Virus record (IMG/VR): IMGVR_UViG_3300028558_000791
Span: 1 to 64,000 of that record
Strand: one strand, 5' to 3'
DNA length: 64,000 nucleotides
The notes beneath the pieces were generated by a model. That model searched no databases. It saw nothing but the letters and a program-made list of their open reading frames with translations, and had not been told where the DNA came from. The position numbers and the translations under genes are program-made. Of the stretch, positions 9,632-19,872 are shown piece by piece. Each line of letters opens with the position of its first letter. Position 1 is the first letter of the stretch.

Positions 9632-11242
9632 ATGTCTTCTGAAGAAACACTAATTCAAGTTCGCAAGGATAAGCACTTCGAACTTAATGGTGGAACTTAT
9701 CCATTGGCCAGTGAACCCAATGTTCTGCCATTCATTACGCATACTAATCTTCTAAGCATTCATCAAGCACTTTCTCTGGATGTTGCTTCTGGTAAGCTTC
9801 CAGTCAGCCTTGATCCCATAGAGTTGGGCGAGATGCGCAAGTACATTACTCGTGGCCGCATCACTGCCTTCCGTAAGTCAGGCGCTATTACTTTCATTCG
9901 ACTGACCGACTTTACTGGAACTCTTCAGGTCATTGTTAGTAAGGCTGCGTTTGATAATTACGCTAGCCTTAAGCTGTTTGATTTGGGAGACATCGTTGAG
10001 ATTGCGGGTCGCGGCTGTCTTTCTAAGACTGGAGAGATGTCATTGCTGGCTTTCCGTGTCACTCTTTTGACGAAGGCCCACCGACCTCCGCCTGAAAAGT
10101 TCCTTGGTATTGCTGATCAAGAGCTTCAGTATCGCAAGAGGTATCTTGACCTGATGTCTTCAGAAGAAACTCGCGCTCGTTTTACGGTGCGTACCTATGC
10201 TATCCGAGCTATCCGTGATTTCATGGAGAAGAATAGTTTCTTGGAAGTTGAGACTCCTACGCTCGGAGCTATTGCTAGCGGGGCAAATGCCAAGCCATTT
10301 ATTACGCATCACAATGCACTTGATATGGATATGCGTTTGAGAATTGCGCCGGAGCTTTATCTCAAGAGGCTTTTGGTTGGTGGTATGGATAGGGTGTTCG
10401 AGATTGGTCGAAACTATCGTAATGAAGGTATCGACACTCGACATAACCCCGAGTTTACTATGATGGAGAGCTACCAAGCCTATGGTAACTTTGAAGAACT
10501 CATCTCATTCACTACCAATCTTTTACAGAGCGTATCCTTATATTTAAGGGTGAATCTTCCAGCGCGAGCAATCGAATACTACAAGACGTGGGAGCAAGAA
10601 GCTACCTACGAGTTTTTCAATTTCGTACAAGTTCCCATGCTGAGTGCTGTGTTGAAGGCGGCTCTAAAGGCCGGCATCAACATTGAAATGGACGATCAGA
10701 ATCATAGTGTAGTAGTTACACATGATTTGCAGAATGCTAATGAACGACTTCAACAGATTGATGTGAAGTCTTTATGGCACGCTTTAGATCAAGCCACTAG
10801 CAATGGTGAGAGGATTGCCTCTTTGTTCGAGTATGTGGCAGAACCTTTTCTCACGGAAGATTATCGTAATGCTGATGGAACAAAGTCTGTTCCAGTTTTC
10901 ATTACGGAGTATCCAAAGGAAATTTCTCCACTAGCTAGGGCCAATGATAGTGACCCAGTTATCTGCGATCGATTCGAACTCTTTGTGGATGGAAGAGAGT
11001 TGGCCAACGCTTTCCAGGAACTCAATGATCCTGATGAGCAAGCACTTCGATTCCAAGAGCAACTGGATGCCAACAATAAGGATCCAATGGACTATGATGC
11101 TGACTATGTAGAGGCGTTGGAGCATGGCATGCCGCCCGCCATTGGGTTTGGTATTGGCATTGATCGTTTGATAATGCTTCTAACCAACACTACATCTATC
11201 AAAGATGTGATTCTATTTCCGACTCTAAAGACAGAGAAGTAA
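9632..11242 (+). CDS. lysS: Lysyl-tRNA synthetase, class II
   Basis: OB fold, YRKRYLDL, RIAPELYLKRL, YRNEGIDTRHNPEFT, GIGIDRL. Confidence 0.95.
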   Translation: MSSEETLIQVRKDKHFELNGGTYPLASEPNVLPFITHTNLLSIHQALSLDVASGKLPVSLDPIELGEMRKYITRGRITAFRKSGAITFIRLTDFTGTLQVIVSKAAFDNYASLKLFDLGDIVEIAGRGCLSKTGEMSLLAFRVTLLTKAHRPPPEKFLGIADQELQYRKRYLDLMSSEETRARFTVRTYAIRAIRDFMEKNSFLEVETPTLGAIASGANAKPFITHHNALDMDMRLRIAPELYLKRLLVGGMDRVFEIGRNYRNEGIDTRHNPEFTMMESYQAYGNFEELISFTTNLLQSVSLYLRVNLPARAIEYYKTWEQEATYEFFNFVQVPMLSAVLKAALKAGINIEMDDQNHSVVVTHDLQNANERLQQIDVKSLWHALDQATSNGERIASLFEYVAEPFLTEDYRNADGTKSVPVFITEYPKEISPLARANDSDPVICDRFELFVDGRELANAFQELNDPDEQALRFQEQLDANNKDPMDYDADYVEALEHGMPPAIGFGIGIDRLIMLLTNTTSIKDVILFPTLKTEK

Positions 11243-11243
11243 A

Positions 11244-11486
11244 ATGGATAAGAAAGAGCTACATCCCCTTGATGTTCGCAATTGGACTAAAGAGGAATCT
11301 ATGCAAAAACTTTTTAAAGCAGAGATGACTTATTTAGCATCAAGGGGCTGGCAGATGTTATGTGGTACTCGTGATAGTAGGTACTATGTATCGCCAGAGG
11401 ATGATTATAAAGCGGAGGAAACGAAGCTATATACTCACGACGAGGCCCTCCAAATCCAAAAAGAAAAAGATAGTAAAGATGTCTGA
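11244..11486 (+). CDS. Hypothetical protein
   Basis: Packed ORF. Confidence 0.5.
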   Translation: MDKKELHPLDVRNWTKEESMQKLFKAEMTYLASRGWQMLCGTRDSRYYVSPEDDYKAEETKLYTHDEALQIQKEKDSKDV

Positions 11487-12516
11487 TATCCTCCTTGCCA
11501 AACCAAAGCTGCCGCCCGACTGGATTGATGTCTCCGTAGGGGAACCATATCTTGTCAGGGATAATCTAATCAAAATCTTTCAAGTAGAAGAGGAGCTTAA
11601 GATTGCTCACCTCAAAGTGGAAGACTTGGTTTATCCGTCTCCGACCGGATATCAGCCTTTGGTTAGGCATTTGGAGGAGAAGCATGGCTCTCCGGTTATT
11701 ATTACCAATGGAGCTAAGCAAGCATTAGGTGCAGTTTTCTATGCCTTAAAAAGATTAGGGTGGGATTATTGTCAGGAGAAGAGTCCGCATTGGGCATTGA
11801 TTCCTCCGCTTGCTAAGATGCATGGTGTCGATATGATCCATGCCAATGGGCCATGTTCAGAAGATAGGTCACCCTTCCTTCTTCTCTCTCCTAATAATCC
11901 AGATGGTCATTGTGAATCTCCTGAGGAATTGCTAAAGCTTTCCAAGGAATACAAGGAAGCTAACCTTCCTCTTATTCATGATGCGGCGTATTACACCCAC
12001 ATCTATCTGCCACCAATTCACACTCTCCCTAAAATTGGAGACGTACAGATTTACTCCATCAGTAAGATGTTCGGTTTCTCTGGTCTCAGGCTGGGATATG
12101 TGGTGTGCCACAATCTAGAATTCTATAAATTGATCCAGGAGTATATGGAGGCTATGACGGTAGGGGTTTCCATTGCCTCTCAGACCTGGCTTTATGACCT
12201 ACTGGACCGTCGTATGCGCAGCTTCCCTACTCTAATGGAGAAGTTTGAGAGCGTTAGCTCGATGGGTCTGGAGGCTAACAAGAAGCTCTGTCTTCAAATT
12301 GACCCAGAGATCCTAGAGGTACCTGCTAGCTTACCATCTAACCCTGGTATGTTTGGTTGGTTTAAGACTGGGCCGAAGTTCAGTCCGGAAAAATCAAAAA
12401 TTAATTTCATTGACGGGGCCTTGTTTGGAGCGCCGGGCATGATTAGAATGAACTTGGCTTTCAATCCGGAACAAATGCAAGAGATTGTAAAAAGGCTAAA
12501 CTCCCTCAAAGAATAA
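11479..12516 (+). CDS. PLP-dependent aminotransferase class I/II
   Basis: SPNNPDG, HDAAY, SISKMFGFSGLRLGY (PLP Lys). Confidence 0.9.
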   Translation: MSDILLAKPKLPPDWIDVSVGEPYLVRDNLIKIFQVEEELKIAHLKVEDLVYPSPTGYQPLVRHLEEKHGSPVIITNGAKQALGAVFYALKRLGWDYCQEKSPHWALIPPLAKMHGVDMIHANGPCSEDRSPFLLLSPNNPDGHCESPEELLKLSKEYKEANLPLIHDAAYYTHIYLPPIHTLPKIGDVQIYSISKMFGFSGLRLGYVVCHNLEFYKLIQEYMEAMTVGVSIASQTWLYDLLDRRMRSFPTLMEKFESVSSMGLEANKKLCLQIDPEILEVPASLPSNPGMFGWFKTGPKFSPEKSKINFIDGALFGAPGMIRMNLAFNPEQMQEIVKRLNSLKE

Positions 12517-12524
12517 GAAGTACC

Positions 12525-12899
12525 ATGTATATCTACTACTGTTGGGTTACAGCACTATTACCGGACTACCAAAACGGTATCATAGCCGGCTTAGTCAAGC
12601 ACGGTTATATGGTTGGGCCAGCAGCTAAAGATGGAAAGGTAGCTTCTATTACGGCAGGCTGCCCTTCTGTATTGATTGCTCTATCTGTCTACAAAGCGGA
12701 TGAGTCTGTTACTGCAACTACTATCTATGACGATATGGTTGTTATTCTAACAGAGATGAATGCAAGATACTATTCTGTGATTGTATCTCTTTCTCATGAA
12801 GCTACATGGGTTGGATCTAATTTCTCTATACCGGCCAAGAAGAAGGCCGAGCCACCACCAGTACCATCTGCGCCTGGTAAAAAGAACGAAGTTAACTAA
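12525..12899 (+). CDS. Hypothetical protein
   Basis: Packed ORF. Confidence 0.55.
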   Translation: MYIYYCWVTALLPDYQNGIIAGLVKHGYMVGPAAKDGKVASITAGCPSVLIALSVYKADESVTATTIYDDMVVILTEMNARYYSVIVSLSHEATWVGSNFSIPAKKKAEPPPVPSAPGKKNEVN

Positions 12900-13501
12900 T
12901 GTTTAGTAAGAAAGTTGCTTGTGGGGAGTTTGTCAAACGACAGACTCCAGAGTCAGGCTATTCACATTTCGAAGGAACTTGGGAACAATTAGAAGAACTT
13001 GTTACTAAACAAATGGAAGTTGACCCAACTAGAATTCATCCAGGTTATAAAGACGGGGTTGTTCTAGTTGATTTGGTTTCTTATGGTTTTCGTTCTGCTA
13101 TCGTAAAGCTGAATGAAGAATCAAAAATGATTGCTAGCTACGCTCCACGAAGATTGGGCGAAGCGCCTTTCATTAGAGTTTCGGCTAAGTCTGAAAAACA
13201 AAAAGCCAAGTATGCATCAGTTGTGTTATATCGACATGACGTGTTAGCGGAGAACAACGAACGCGAAACAGATGCAGAGTGGGAAATCGTGGCTATCAAA
13301 GCACGAACGACAGAGGAAGAGGAGCCAATGGATCCATATACAATGGCTCGCAACTTCCTGCACCTGAAGGGTGGAACCAAGGGTGATTTCACGGCCGAGC
13401 AATTCGCCAAATCAATTGTGTATTGGAACAGCCACTGTATGACTACTGGTAAGCCAAAGTGGTATAAGAAGATGATGAATTTCTTTCGAGGTGATAAGTG
13501 A
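12899..13501 (+). CDS. DUF3228 family protein
   Basis: VVLYRHDVL, PMDPYTMARN, GGT...SIVYW pattern. Confidence 0.65.
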   Translation: MFSKKVACGEFVKRQTPESGYSHFEGTWEQLEELVTKQMEVDPTRIHPGYKDGVVLVDLVSYGFRSAIVKLNEESKMIASYAPRRLGEAPFIRVSAKSEKQKAKYASVVLYRHDVLAENNERETDAEWEIVAIKARTTEEEEPMDPYTMARNFLHLKGGTKGDFTAEQFAKSIVYWNSHCMTTGKPKWYKKMMNFFRGDK

Positions 13502-13803
13502 GTCCGTATCGTCAGGCCGATGAGGCTTCTCAAGAAGAGCTATATGAGCTAGAAAAACAAGAGCAGTTAGCTATGTTTGGTATGCGGCAGACTCCTGATG
13601 GAGAGTGGAAGCCAATCCTTGAGAGGGTAAAGGTTAATCAATGTAGGGACTGTCGGGGATATGGAACCCATGGCAACCCGCTTTGTGGAGCGGTGTATAA
13701 CTGCGAACGTTGTGAAGGATGGGGATACGATCCTGATCCGATAGTCCCGCCAGAACCTGAAAAAAGTTTTTGGCAGAAGATTGTAAAGTTTTTTAAGGAA
13801 TAA
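13498..13803 (+). CDS. Small protein with DnaJ-type CxxCxGxG zinc finger
   Basis: CRDCRGYG...CERCEGWG. Confidence 0.55.
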   Translation: MSPYRQADEASQEELYELEKQEQLAMFGMRQTPDGEWKPILERVKVNQCRDCRGYGTHGNPLCGAVYNCERCEGWGYDPDPIVPPEPEKSFWQKIVKFFKE

Positions 13804-13807
13804 AATA

Positions 13808-15352
13808 ATGAGTAACATTGCGATTAAGACTGATGTACTGAAGGCCGTTATCAAGGATTTCGGTAAGACTGTACCATTTACTATTGGTACGGATAAGAAG
13901 ACGACAATCCCATTCTCTGATGAGAACAAGGATCTCTTGGAGTTTTTGCAGGAGAATATCTCTCTTACTCAAGCGCAGCAAAATGCGTTGAGCAAGTGGT
14001 TGTTTCCGCAGATGAGTGCCGACCAGAAGCTTGGGGATGTAACCTCTAGCTCCGTCAATGATTTCTTCCGTAAGATTGCTTTCATGAACTCTGAAGAGGA
14101 TCCGGTTGTCGAAATCAAGATTGCTAGCAAATGGTATCCGGTGCGGGCCACTGTCTCTAAGTTCAAGAGCATGAGTGGTCATATTATTCAGTTGACCTAC
14201 TACGCCCGGTTGGGCGCATTGCAGTACAGCAAGACTCTGTATATTGGTAACTGGGACTTCACCGACAACTACGACAAGCCTTGGAAGCGAACCTTCGATG
14301 AGGTTTTTGAGAAGCGTGGTCTTCGTGCAGCCTCTAAGGAGTCTGTTGAGAAAGCTAAGAAGCTGAACGCAGAGATCATGTCGTTTGCCGATAAGACTAA
14401 CCGGGCATATGATGCTTGGGGTACCGGCATTACTTACAGTGATTGGTGGGGTTTCGATGACATCAATGTTGGTTGGAAGGACTCTCCTTCTACTGTCATC
14501 ATTGAACCGCTGCTTGAGAATCGGCATGCAGGGCGGGAAATCGATCAGGGTACTGATTGGCACTTGCCATTCGTTCGTGCTTTCTCTATGAAGCACAAGA
14601 CATACATCTATGTGGATATCGAGTCTACCAAGGAGCACGAATACTTCCGAGAGGGTAAGGACAAGATTGTTCTCCCAAAGAAGATGTTCACTGCGTTGGA
14701 TTCTATCTTCAATGCTAAGCGTGAGAATATCTTCGGTGACTTGTTCCATGGTCGCCACGGTGGTATCGTTGTTCTCGCCAATGGACCTTCGGGTGTTGGT
14801 AAGACTCTGACTGCTGAAGTTTTTGCTGAGTACCAGGAGCGTCCTTTGTACTCCATGGAGATGAGCGAGATTGGAACCTCTGTCAAGGAAGTTGAAGCCA
14901 ATCTGCAACGCATCTTTGCTCGTGCAAAGAAGTGGAATGCTGTTCTTCTCTTTGACGAGGCGGACATTTTCTTGTCAGAGCGCGAAGCTTCTGACCTGGA
15001 ACGTTCGGCTATCGTTGGTATCTTCCTGCGCTTGCTGGATTACTATGAGGGAACCTTCTTCCTCACCACTAACCGTGGAGAGGGAATTGATAAGGCATTC
15101 AAGTCCCGCGTTACTCTGTACTTGAACTATCCTGAGCTTTCGGCGGAAACTCGTCGCAAGATTTGGAGAAGCATGTTGGAGTCTGCTGGTTTGAATGTCA
15201 TCGAGGATAACGTTACTTGGTCTGATGTTTCTGACCGCCCACTCAATGGTCGTCAGATTCGTAACCAGGTTCGTCTTCTTAAGCTGATGTATCCTGACAA
15301 CAACATCAAGACTTCTGATGTGCTCGCAAGCCTTGAATTTGCTGCCACCTGA
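13808..15352 (+). CDS. AAA+ ATPase
   Basis: Walker A GPSGVGKT, Walker B LLFDEAD, FLTTNR, arginine finger. Confidence 0.9.
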   Translation: MSNIAIKTDVLKAVIKDFGKTVPFTIGTDKKTTIPFSDENKDLLEFLQENISLTQAQQNALSKWLFPQMSADQKLGDVTSSSVNDFFRKIAFMNSEEDPVVEIKIASKWYPVRATVSKFKSMSGHIIQLTYYARLGALQYSKTLYIGNWDFTDNYDKPWKRTFDEVFEKRGLRAASKESVEKAKKLNAEIMSFADKTNRAYDAWGTGITYSDWWGFDDINVGWKDSPSTVIIEPLLENRHAGREIDQGTDWHLPFVRAFSMKHKTYIYVDIESTKEHEYFREGKDKIVLPKKMFTALDSIFNAKRENIFGDLFHGRHGGIVVLANGPSGVGKTLTAEVFAEYQERPLYSMEMSEIGTSVKEVEANLQRIFARAKKWNAVLLFDEADIFLSEREASDLERSAIVGIFLRLLDYYEGTFFLTTNRGEGIDKAFKSRVTLYLNYPELSAETRRKIWRSMLESAGLNVIEDNVTWSDVSDRPLNGRQIRNQVRLLKLMYPDNNIKTSDVLASLEFAAT

Positions 15353-15412
15353 GTGGAGATAGTCTTTTTGCTTATCTTTTAGAAAGCGGTCCTATTGTGG
15401 CATACAGGGACC

Positions 15413-15874
15413 ATGACTAAAAATAAAAATAAAAAGATAAGCAAAAAGATTAAACCACGTTTTTCGAAAAAACTACCTGTAATAGCAGCTCCTGTTGTGG
15501 TTTTACCGCCAACTGATTCTGCTGTTGCTACCATTCCTGAATCAGAATTTAAAAAGATATCAGGCTTCCCTACTGTAAATGTTCCTACACAGAATATAAA
15601 TAGTACAACTACAGCCGAGCAGGATTTGCATTCTGCTGGTCAAAGAAAGATTAACTATATCTGGGAGTATACTCAGGCAGCTATTGCTTTAATAACTGTA
15701 TTGGCTAACATTATCTACATTTTCGCTATGTTATTCATACCGAATATTTCTACTGGAGCAGCAACTGCCGCAACACTTTTAGCTAATGCTTTCTTCCTTG
15801 TAATTGGTTTCTATTTCGGTAGAACTAACCACGCTCGTATGGGGGAGAATCCTAAAGACACTCTAACATCCTAA
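15413..15874 (+). CDS. Two-TM membrane protein (holin-like)
   Basis: Two TM helices ending VIGFYFG. Confidence 0.45.
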   Translation: MTKNKNKKISKKIKPRFSKKLPVIAAPVVVLPPTDSAVATIPESEFKKISGFPTVNVPTQNINSTTTAEQDLHSAGQRKINYIWEYTQAAIALITVLANIIYIFAMLFIPNISTGAATAATLLANAFFLVIGFYFGRTNHARMGENPKDTLTS

Positions 15875-15885
15875 TAAGGTTTGAA

Positions 15886-16704
15886 ATGATCATCGACTGT
15901 CACACTCATATAGGACGCAACGAACACATCAAAGCCACAGTCAAAGAGCTTCTCCAGTCCATGGACGCGGCTAAGATTGATAAAGCGATGGTGTTTGCCG
16001 GTGACCTAAATGATTGTCCCAATAACTATCTATTGTCTGAGGTGAAACCTCATCGTGACAGACTGTTAGCTGTGGCAGCCGCTCATCCTAATAAGTGGAA
16101 GAAGATGTCTGAAATCCAGCAAGATGCTGGTCGTCTTGCTGATCTCTATCAAGCCGCTGACATTGTGGCCGTCAAATTCTATACAGGATATGACCACTAT
16201 TATCCGGGTGATGCTGCTGTTGCAGAGTATCTAATGGATCTAGAAGATGTTGGTTGTCCAGCCATCTTCCATATGGGAGATTGTCTTTGTTCAATCAATC
16301 ACGCCAAACTTAAGTATGCTCAACCATTGGGCATTGATGAGGTGGCCGTAGATTATCCTGACATGAATTTCATCATTGCTCATATGGCATATCCTTGGCA
16401 GCGTGATGCGGCCGAGGTCTGCTATAAGAACAAGAATGTCTTCGCCGATATTTCTGGGTTCGTTTATAAGAACTTTGAGACGGAAGATAAGATCAAATTC
16501 AAAAAAGTATTGGATGAGTTTTTGGATATCTCCAGTAGCGATAAACTTTTGTTTGGAACTGACTGGCCCATCTCAAATCAAAACTCCTACATTGAAGCTC
16601 TGGATTGGGTTGCCACTAACACGACTAACAAGAAGGTTAGTGAGACGTTCACTCCACAGTACATGACCCAGAACACTATCAAAGCATTCAAACTCAATGT
16701 CTAA
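15886..16704 (+). CDS. Amidohydrolase_2 family metal-dependent hydrolase
   Basis: IIDCHTH, IIAHM, LLFGTDWP. Confidence 0.9.
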   Translation: MIIDCHTHIGRNEHIKATVKELLQSMDAAKIDKAMVFAGDLNDCPNNYLLSEVKPHRDRLLAVAAAHPNKWKKMSEIQQDAGRLADLYQAADIVAVKFYTGYDHYYPGDAAVAEYLMDLEDVGCPAIFHMGDCLCSINHAKLKYAQPLGIDEVAVDYPDMNFIIAHMAYPWQRDAAEVCYKNKNVFADISGFVYKNFETEDKIKFKKVLDEFLDISSSDKLLFGTDWPISNQNSYIEALDWVATNTTNKKVSETFTPQYMTQNTIKAFKLNV

Positions 16705-17311
16705 GCCGAAGGTAAGAACGCGCGGTGATATGGCAGCAATGTCTACTGGCCATCGAGAGGCCATGCAAGACCCTGAAGCTAACTACCGTGCCTGGCAACG
16801 TAATGTAACTGATCCTCTAAAGGAGAAGTCCGAAGAGGAGATCCGTCAGATCCTACAGGAAACTGCTAACCCTTTCGCTGTTTGTTTTGAGCATTGGCTC
16901 GGAGATTTCAATATGTCCACTGGTGTTAGAAATGCTAATGGATTCAATGCCAAGGAAATCTATTACATCGGTGACAAGAAGTGGGACCGGCGTGGTGCAG
17001 TTGGAGTCCATAACTATACGGAAGTACAGTGGATTCCGACTGTTGCGGACTTCGCCTTGCTGAGAGAGAAGTATACATTCGTGGGAATTGACAATGTTCC
17101 CGGCTCAGTTCCAATGGCGAATTACGAATGGCCTGAGAATACTATGATGATTTTCGGGGAAGAAGGTCCTGGTTTAACCACAGCGATGCAGGCTTGGTGC
17201 AAAGATATTGTTCATATTGAAATGTTTGGAAGTGTTAGATCATTTAATTGTGGGTCAGCTTCTGCCATTGCAATGTACGATTTCACCTCGAAATATAAGG
17301 CTCGGCAATAA
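16697..17311 (+). CDS. SpoU/TrmH-family RNA 2'-O-methyltransferase
   Basis: N...R motif 1, FGEEGPGL, IEMFGSVRSFNCGSA. Confidence 0.88.
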   Translation: MSKPKVRTRGDMAAMSTGHREAMQDPEANYRAWQRNVTDPLKEKSEEEIRQILQETANPFAVCFEHWLGDFNMSTGVRNANGFNAKEIYYIGDKKWDRRGAVGVHNYTEVQWIPTVADFALLREKYTFVGIDNVPGSVPMANYEWPENTMMIFGEEGPGLTTAMQAWCKDIVHIEMFGSVRSFNCGSASAIAMYDFTSKYKARQ

Positions 17312-17342
17312 TCATGCCAAGAATTTTTAAGAATACTGCCGC

Positions 17343-17371
17343 TTGACGGCTCCCATTCACATGCTCATACT
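17343..17371 (+). promoter_or_regulatory. sigma70-like promoter containing the GGCTCCCATTCA motif
   Basis: TTGACG-N17-CATACT. Confidence 0.6.
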
Positions 17372-17380
17372 GTGGTATGT

Positions 17381-17659
17381 AAGGGAGACGTGCAGGATAG
17401 CGTCCTGCTATTGAGATGGAAACTCAAGAATACTGGAGTCGCTACCAGAAAGCCATCCCTGCTTGGGGGTTTCGTAAGAAACAAAAGCCCGCTGTTTAGG
17501 ACAGCGATGTTTAAGTAAAACCATTACGAAAGTTGAAGAGTAAGAATCTACAATATAAGTAGTGTCCACATAGCAAAAACAAAAACGGACTACCCAGATA
17601 ACAACACAGATGTACAGACTTCGGTCTCATCGCAGAAACGGGTTAAGCCGTATCCTTTT
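17381..17659 (+). ncRNA. Candidate large structured ncRNA (family unassigned)
   Basis: No ORF in the track; ends pair (AAGGGAGACG/CGTATCCTTT); at least 7 hairpins including UUCG and GNRA loops; own promoter. Confidence 0.6.
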
Positions 17660-17686
17660 ATTCGGAATTCAAAATTGAGAAAGAAC

Positions 17687-17995
17687 ATGTCAGAATTAGA
17701 TCAAGACTTCAATAGTCTCGTGGAGCAGATCAATGCCAAGATCAAAGAGTCTGCCGCGGCATTGCAAGAAGCAAATGCTCTTGCTACTAAGGCCGGCCTC
17801 CCCACTTTGTTTTATTCTCAGTTCACTAGAGAGAACATGCAGTATGACAATCGTTATGCTGAGCCACCTCTCTCTAAAGAAGAACTCAATGAGAAGTGCC
17901 GGGAGATTGAAGACAAGCTTAATCTGATTGATGTTGGTCCACTTGAAGCCGCGATGGGTGATGGTGGTTGGTCAACCTCTTCCTCTTACTGCTGA
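17687..17995 (+). CDS. Hypothetical protein (paralog of 6946-7410)
   Basis: Shared C-terminal motif. Confidence 0.6.
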   Translation: MSELDQDFNSLVEQINAKIKESAAALQEANALATKAGLPTLFYSQFTRENMQYDNRYAEPPLSKEELNEKCREIEDKLNLIDVGPLEAAMGDGGWSTSSSYC

Positions 17996-18002
17996 GGCTC
18001 AT

Positions 18003-18431
18003 ATGAAACAAGCTGGAGTAATGCTCATCATCAAGGATGGTCTCATCCTATCTGTATCTCGCCGATATGATAAGACTATCTTCGGTCTGCCTGGTGGTAA
18101 GTTCAATTCTGAACCGCCCGACAATGATAAGGACACAAAAGATACCGCCATCCGTGAGACCCAAGAAGAGACATCGGTAACCGTTCATGAGGCTACTTTC
18201 ATCTACGAACGAGTGGAACTTGGTGGGGGTCCTAATCCTGTCGATTATTATTCTCGATGTTACTATGCAGATTCTTGGGAAGGTATTCCCCAGAACTCGG
18301 AAGAAGGGGAAGTAAAGTGGCTAACGGCCGAAGAACTTACTTCTACTAAAGCAGCGTTCGGAGTTTACAATCGTAAGACTCTTGAAGTATTCAAAACAAT
18401 GTATCCTGATGTTTACATCAAAGGTGAATGA
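18003..18431 (+). CDS. NUDIX hydrolase
   Basis: LPGG...AIRETQEET Nudix box. Confidence 0.88.
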   Translation: MKQAGVMLIIKDGLILSVSRRYDKTIFGLPGGKFNSEPPDNDKDTKDTAIRETQEETSVTVHEATFIYERVELGGGPNPVDYYSRCYYADSWEGIPQNSEEGEVKWLTAEELTSTKAAFGVYNRKTLEVFKTMYPDVYIKGE

Positions 18432-18745
18432 AAATGAAGACCGATAACCGTCGTGTGTATCCTGATGCATCTCGTCAACCCCGTCACTTGGATGCACTTC
18501 GTAAGGAAGGCGTCAGGGAACGCCAGGAAGCTTATGATAAGCTGACCTTGGATGAGAAGCTTGCAAAGCTTCCGCCTGAGCCTCATGCTGCAAAGCAGCG
18601 TGCTCGTTTGCTGGCCCTGAAGAACAAGAAGGCTCAACCGAAGCAGGAAGAACCCGCTTTGGTTCCAGGTGAACTGCAAGTCGTTATTGCAGACACTTCT
18701 CCGAAAACCAAGACACAAAAGAAGTACATGAAAGGTGCTAAGTGA
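18428..18745 (+). CDS. Hypothetical basic protein
   Basis: Coupled ORF. Confidence 0.55.
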   Translation: MKMKTDNRRVYPDASRQPRHLDALRKEGVRERQEAYDKLTLDEKLAKLPPEPHAAKQRARLLALKNKKAQPKQEEPALVPGELQVVIADTSPKTKTQKKYMKGAK

Positions 18746-18746
18746 A

Positions 18747-19472
18747 ATGAAACTGTTTAATCTTGCTATGGTCGTGATGTTGTCTGTTTCCAGTGTTGCC
18801 GTCGTTGGCTGTGATGTCAACAAGCACATGGAAGACGTTGGCTTCAAGCAGGGAGAGAATCCTGTGGAGAAGGGCACTATCAAGTATGATGGCCTGGTTG
18901 ACAGGGACGAAGCTTGCAATCGAGCATGGGCCGACTATGAAGCCAATCTGACTCGTCGTGGCCAGATGATTCCCCAGGTTGTGGCAGTTGTTCGTGCACA
19001 GTCTGCCAATGAGTCTTCGACTCTCGTTGCAATTCAACAGGCCCAGGCCAATGCAACTCGACCTGAGATCAAGCTCGATACGTCCAAGGGCGACATGGAA
19101 GACCCCGATAAGGTCAAGGCTTTCCAACAGGCTCAGGGTACTCTTGGTACTCAGTTGAGTCGCCTGATGGTTCAGGCTCCTGCTCAGTTCCCGACCCTTG
19201 GTGCAAACCAGGCGTTCCATGATTTGCAGGTACAAATCGAGGGTACTGAGAATCGATTGCTTCGTGCTCGTGAGCAGTACAACAAGACTGTCGAAGCGTT
19301 CAATACTGACCTTCGCCATGTCAGTGGTAAGATTATCAACCCTGTAACGGGTCATGAGTTCAAGCCTCGTGTCTATTTCCAGGCGGATGAGGCTGATAAG
19401 GCTGCTCCGAAGCTGGACTTCGGAACCCCTGCTGCTGCTCCGGCAGTGACGGTTGCCCCTACCCACAAGTGA
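18747..19472 (+). CDS. lemA: LemA family lipoprotein
   Basis: AW...RR...IP, FPTLGANQAF, QIEGTENR...YN; lipobox VVGC. Confidence 0.85.
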   Translation: MKLFNLAMVVMLSVSSVAVVGCDVNKHMEDVGFKQGENPVEKGTIKYDGLVDRDEACNRAWADYEANLTRRGQMIPQVVAVVRAQSANESSTLVAIQQAQANATRPEIKLDTSKGDMEDPDKVKAFQQAQGTLGTQLSRLMVQAPAQFPTLGANQAFHDLQVQIEGTENRLLRAREQYNKTVEAFNTDLRHVSGKIINPVTGHEFKPRVYFQADEADKAAPKLDFGTPAAAPAVTVAPTHK

Positions 19473-19482
19473 TTGAGGTAGA

Positions 19483-19737
19483 ATGAGTATACCAAAAAAG
19501 AAGTTACTTAAGAAACAGGTTCGTAAAATCGAAGATGAATTCGGTGTCGATTCCACTGTTGAAGATATCGTTGATGGTATCCTCAGCATTTTTGGAGATG
19601 ATGACGAAGACGATTCTGAAGATGATGGTAACCTCATTTCTGAGAGTGACGATTCAGATGATGACACCGATGACTCAGACGATGATGATTTCGGTGGCGG
19701 TGATTTCGGAGGAGGCGGCGCCTCCAGTGATTGGTAA
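19483..19737 (+). CDS. Acidic mini-protein ending FGGGDFGGGGASSDW
   Basis: GAGG RBS; TPM-type Gly tail. Confidence 0.7.
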   Translation: MSIPKKKLLKKQVRKIEDEFGVDSTVEDIVDGILSIFGDDDEDDSEDDGNLISESDDSDDDTDDSDDDDFGGGDFGGGGASSDW

Positions 19738-19741
19738 ATAA

Positions 19742-19849
19742 ATGCTAACCATAATTGTCATTATCATAGTGCTTCTAATTCTATTGGCACTAGGCTCCAA
19801 ATTTGGTGGTGGTGATTTCGGGGGCGGCGGTTCGTCTTCCGATTGGTAA
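19742..19849 (+). CDS. 35-aa single-TM peptide ending FGGGDFGGGGSSSDW (not in ORF track)
   Basis: Hand translation MLTIIVIIIVLLILLALGSKFGGGDFGGGGSSSDW*. Confidence 0.75.
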   Translation: MLTIIVIIIVLLILLALGSKFGGGDFGGGGSSSDW

Positions 19850-19872
19850 GCTCAATCTAACAAAAGGACATT

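Noticed and set aside
13793-14908. 371-aa minus-strand ORF (also 18738-19667 and other antisense ORFs)
   Set aside because: Antisense shadows of well-supported + strand genes with no motifs.
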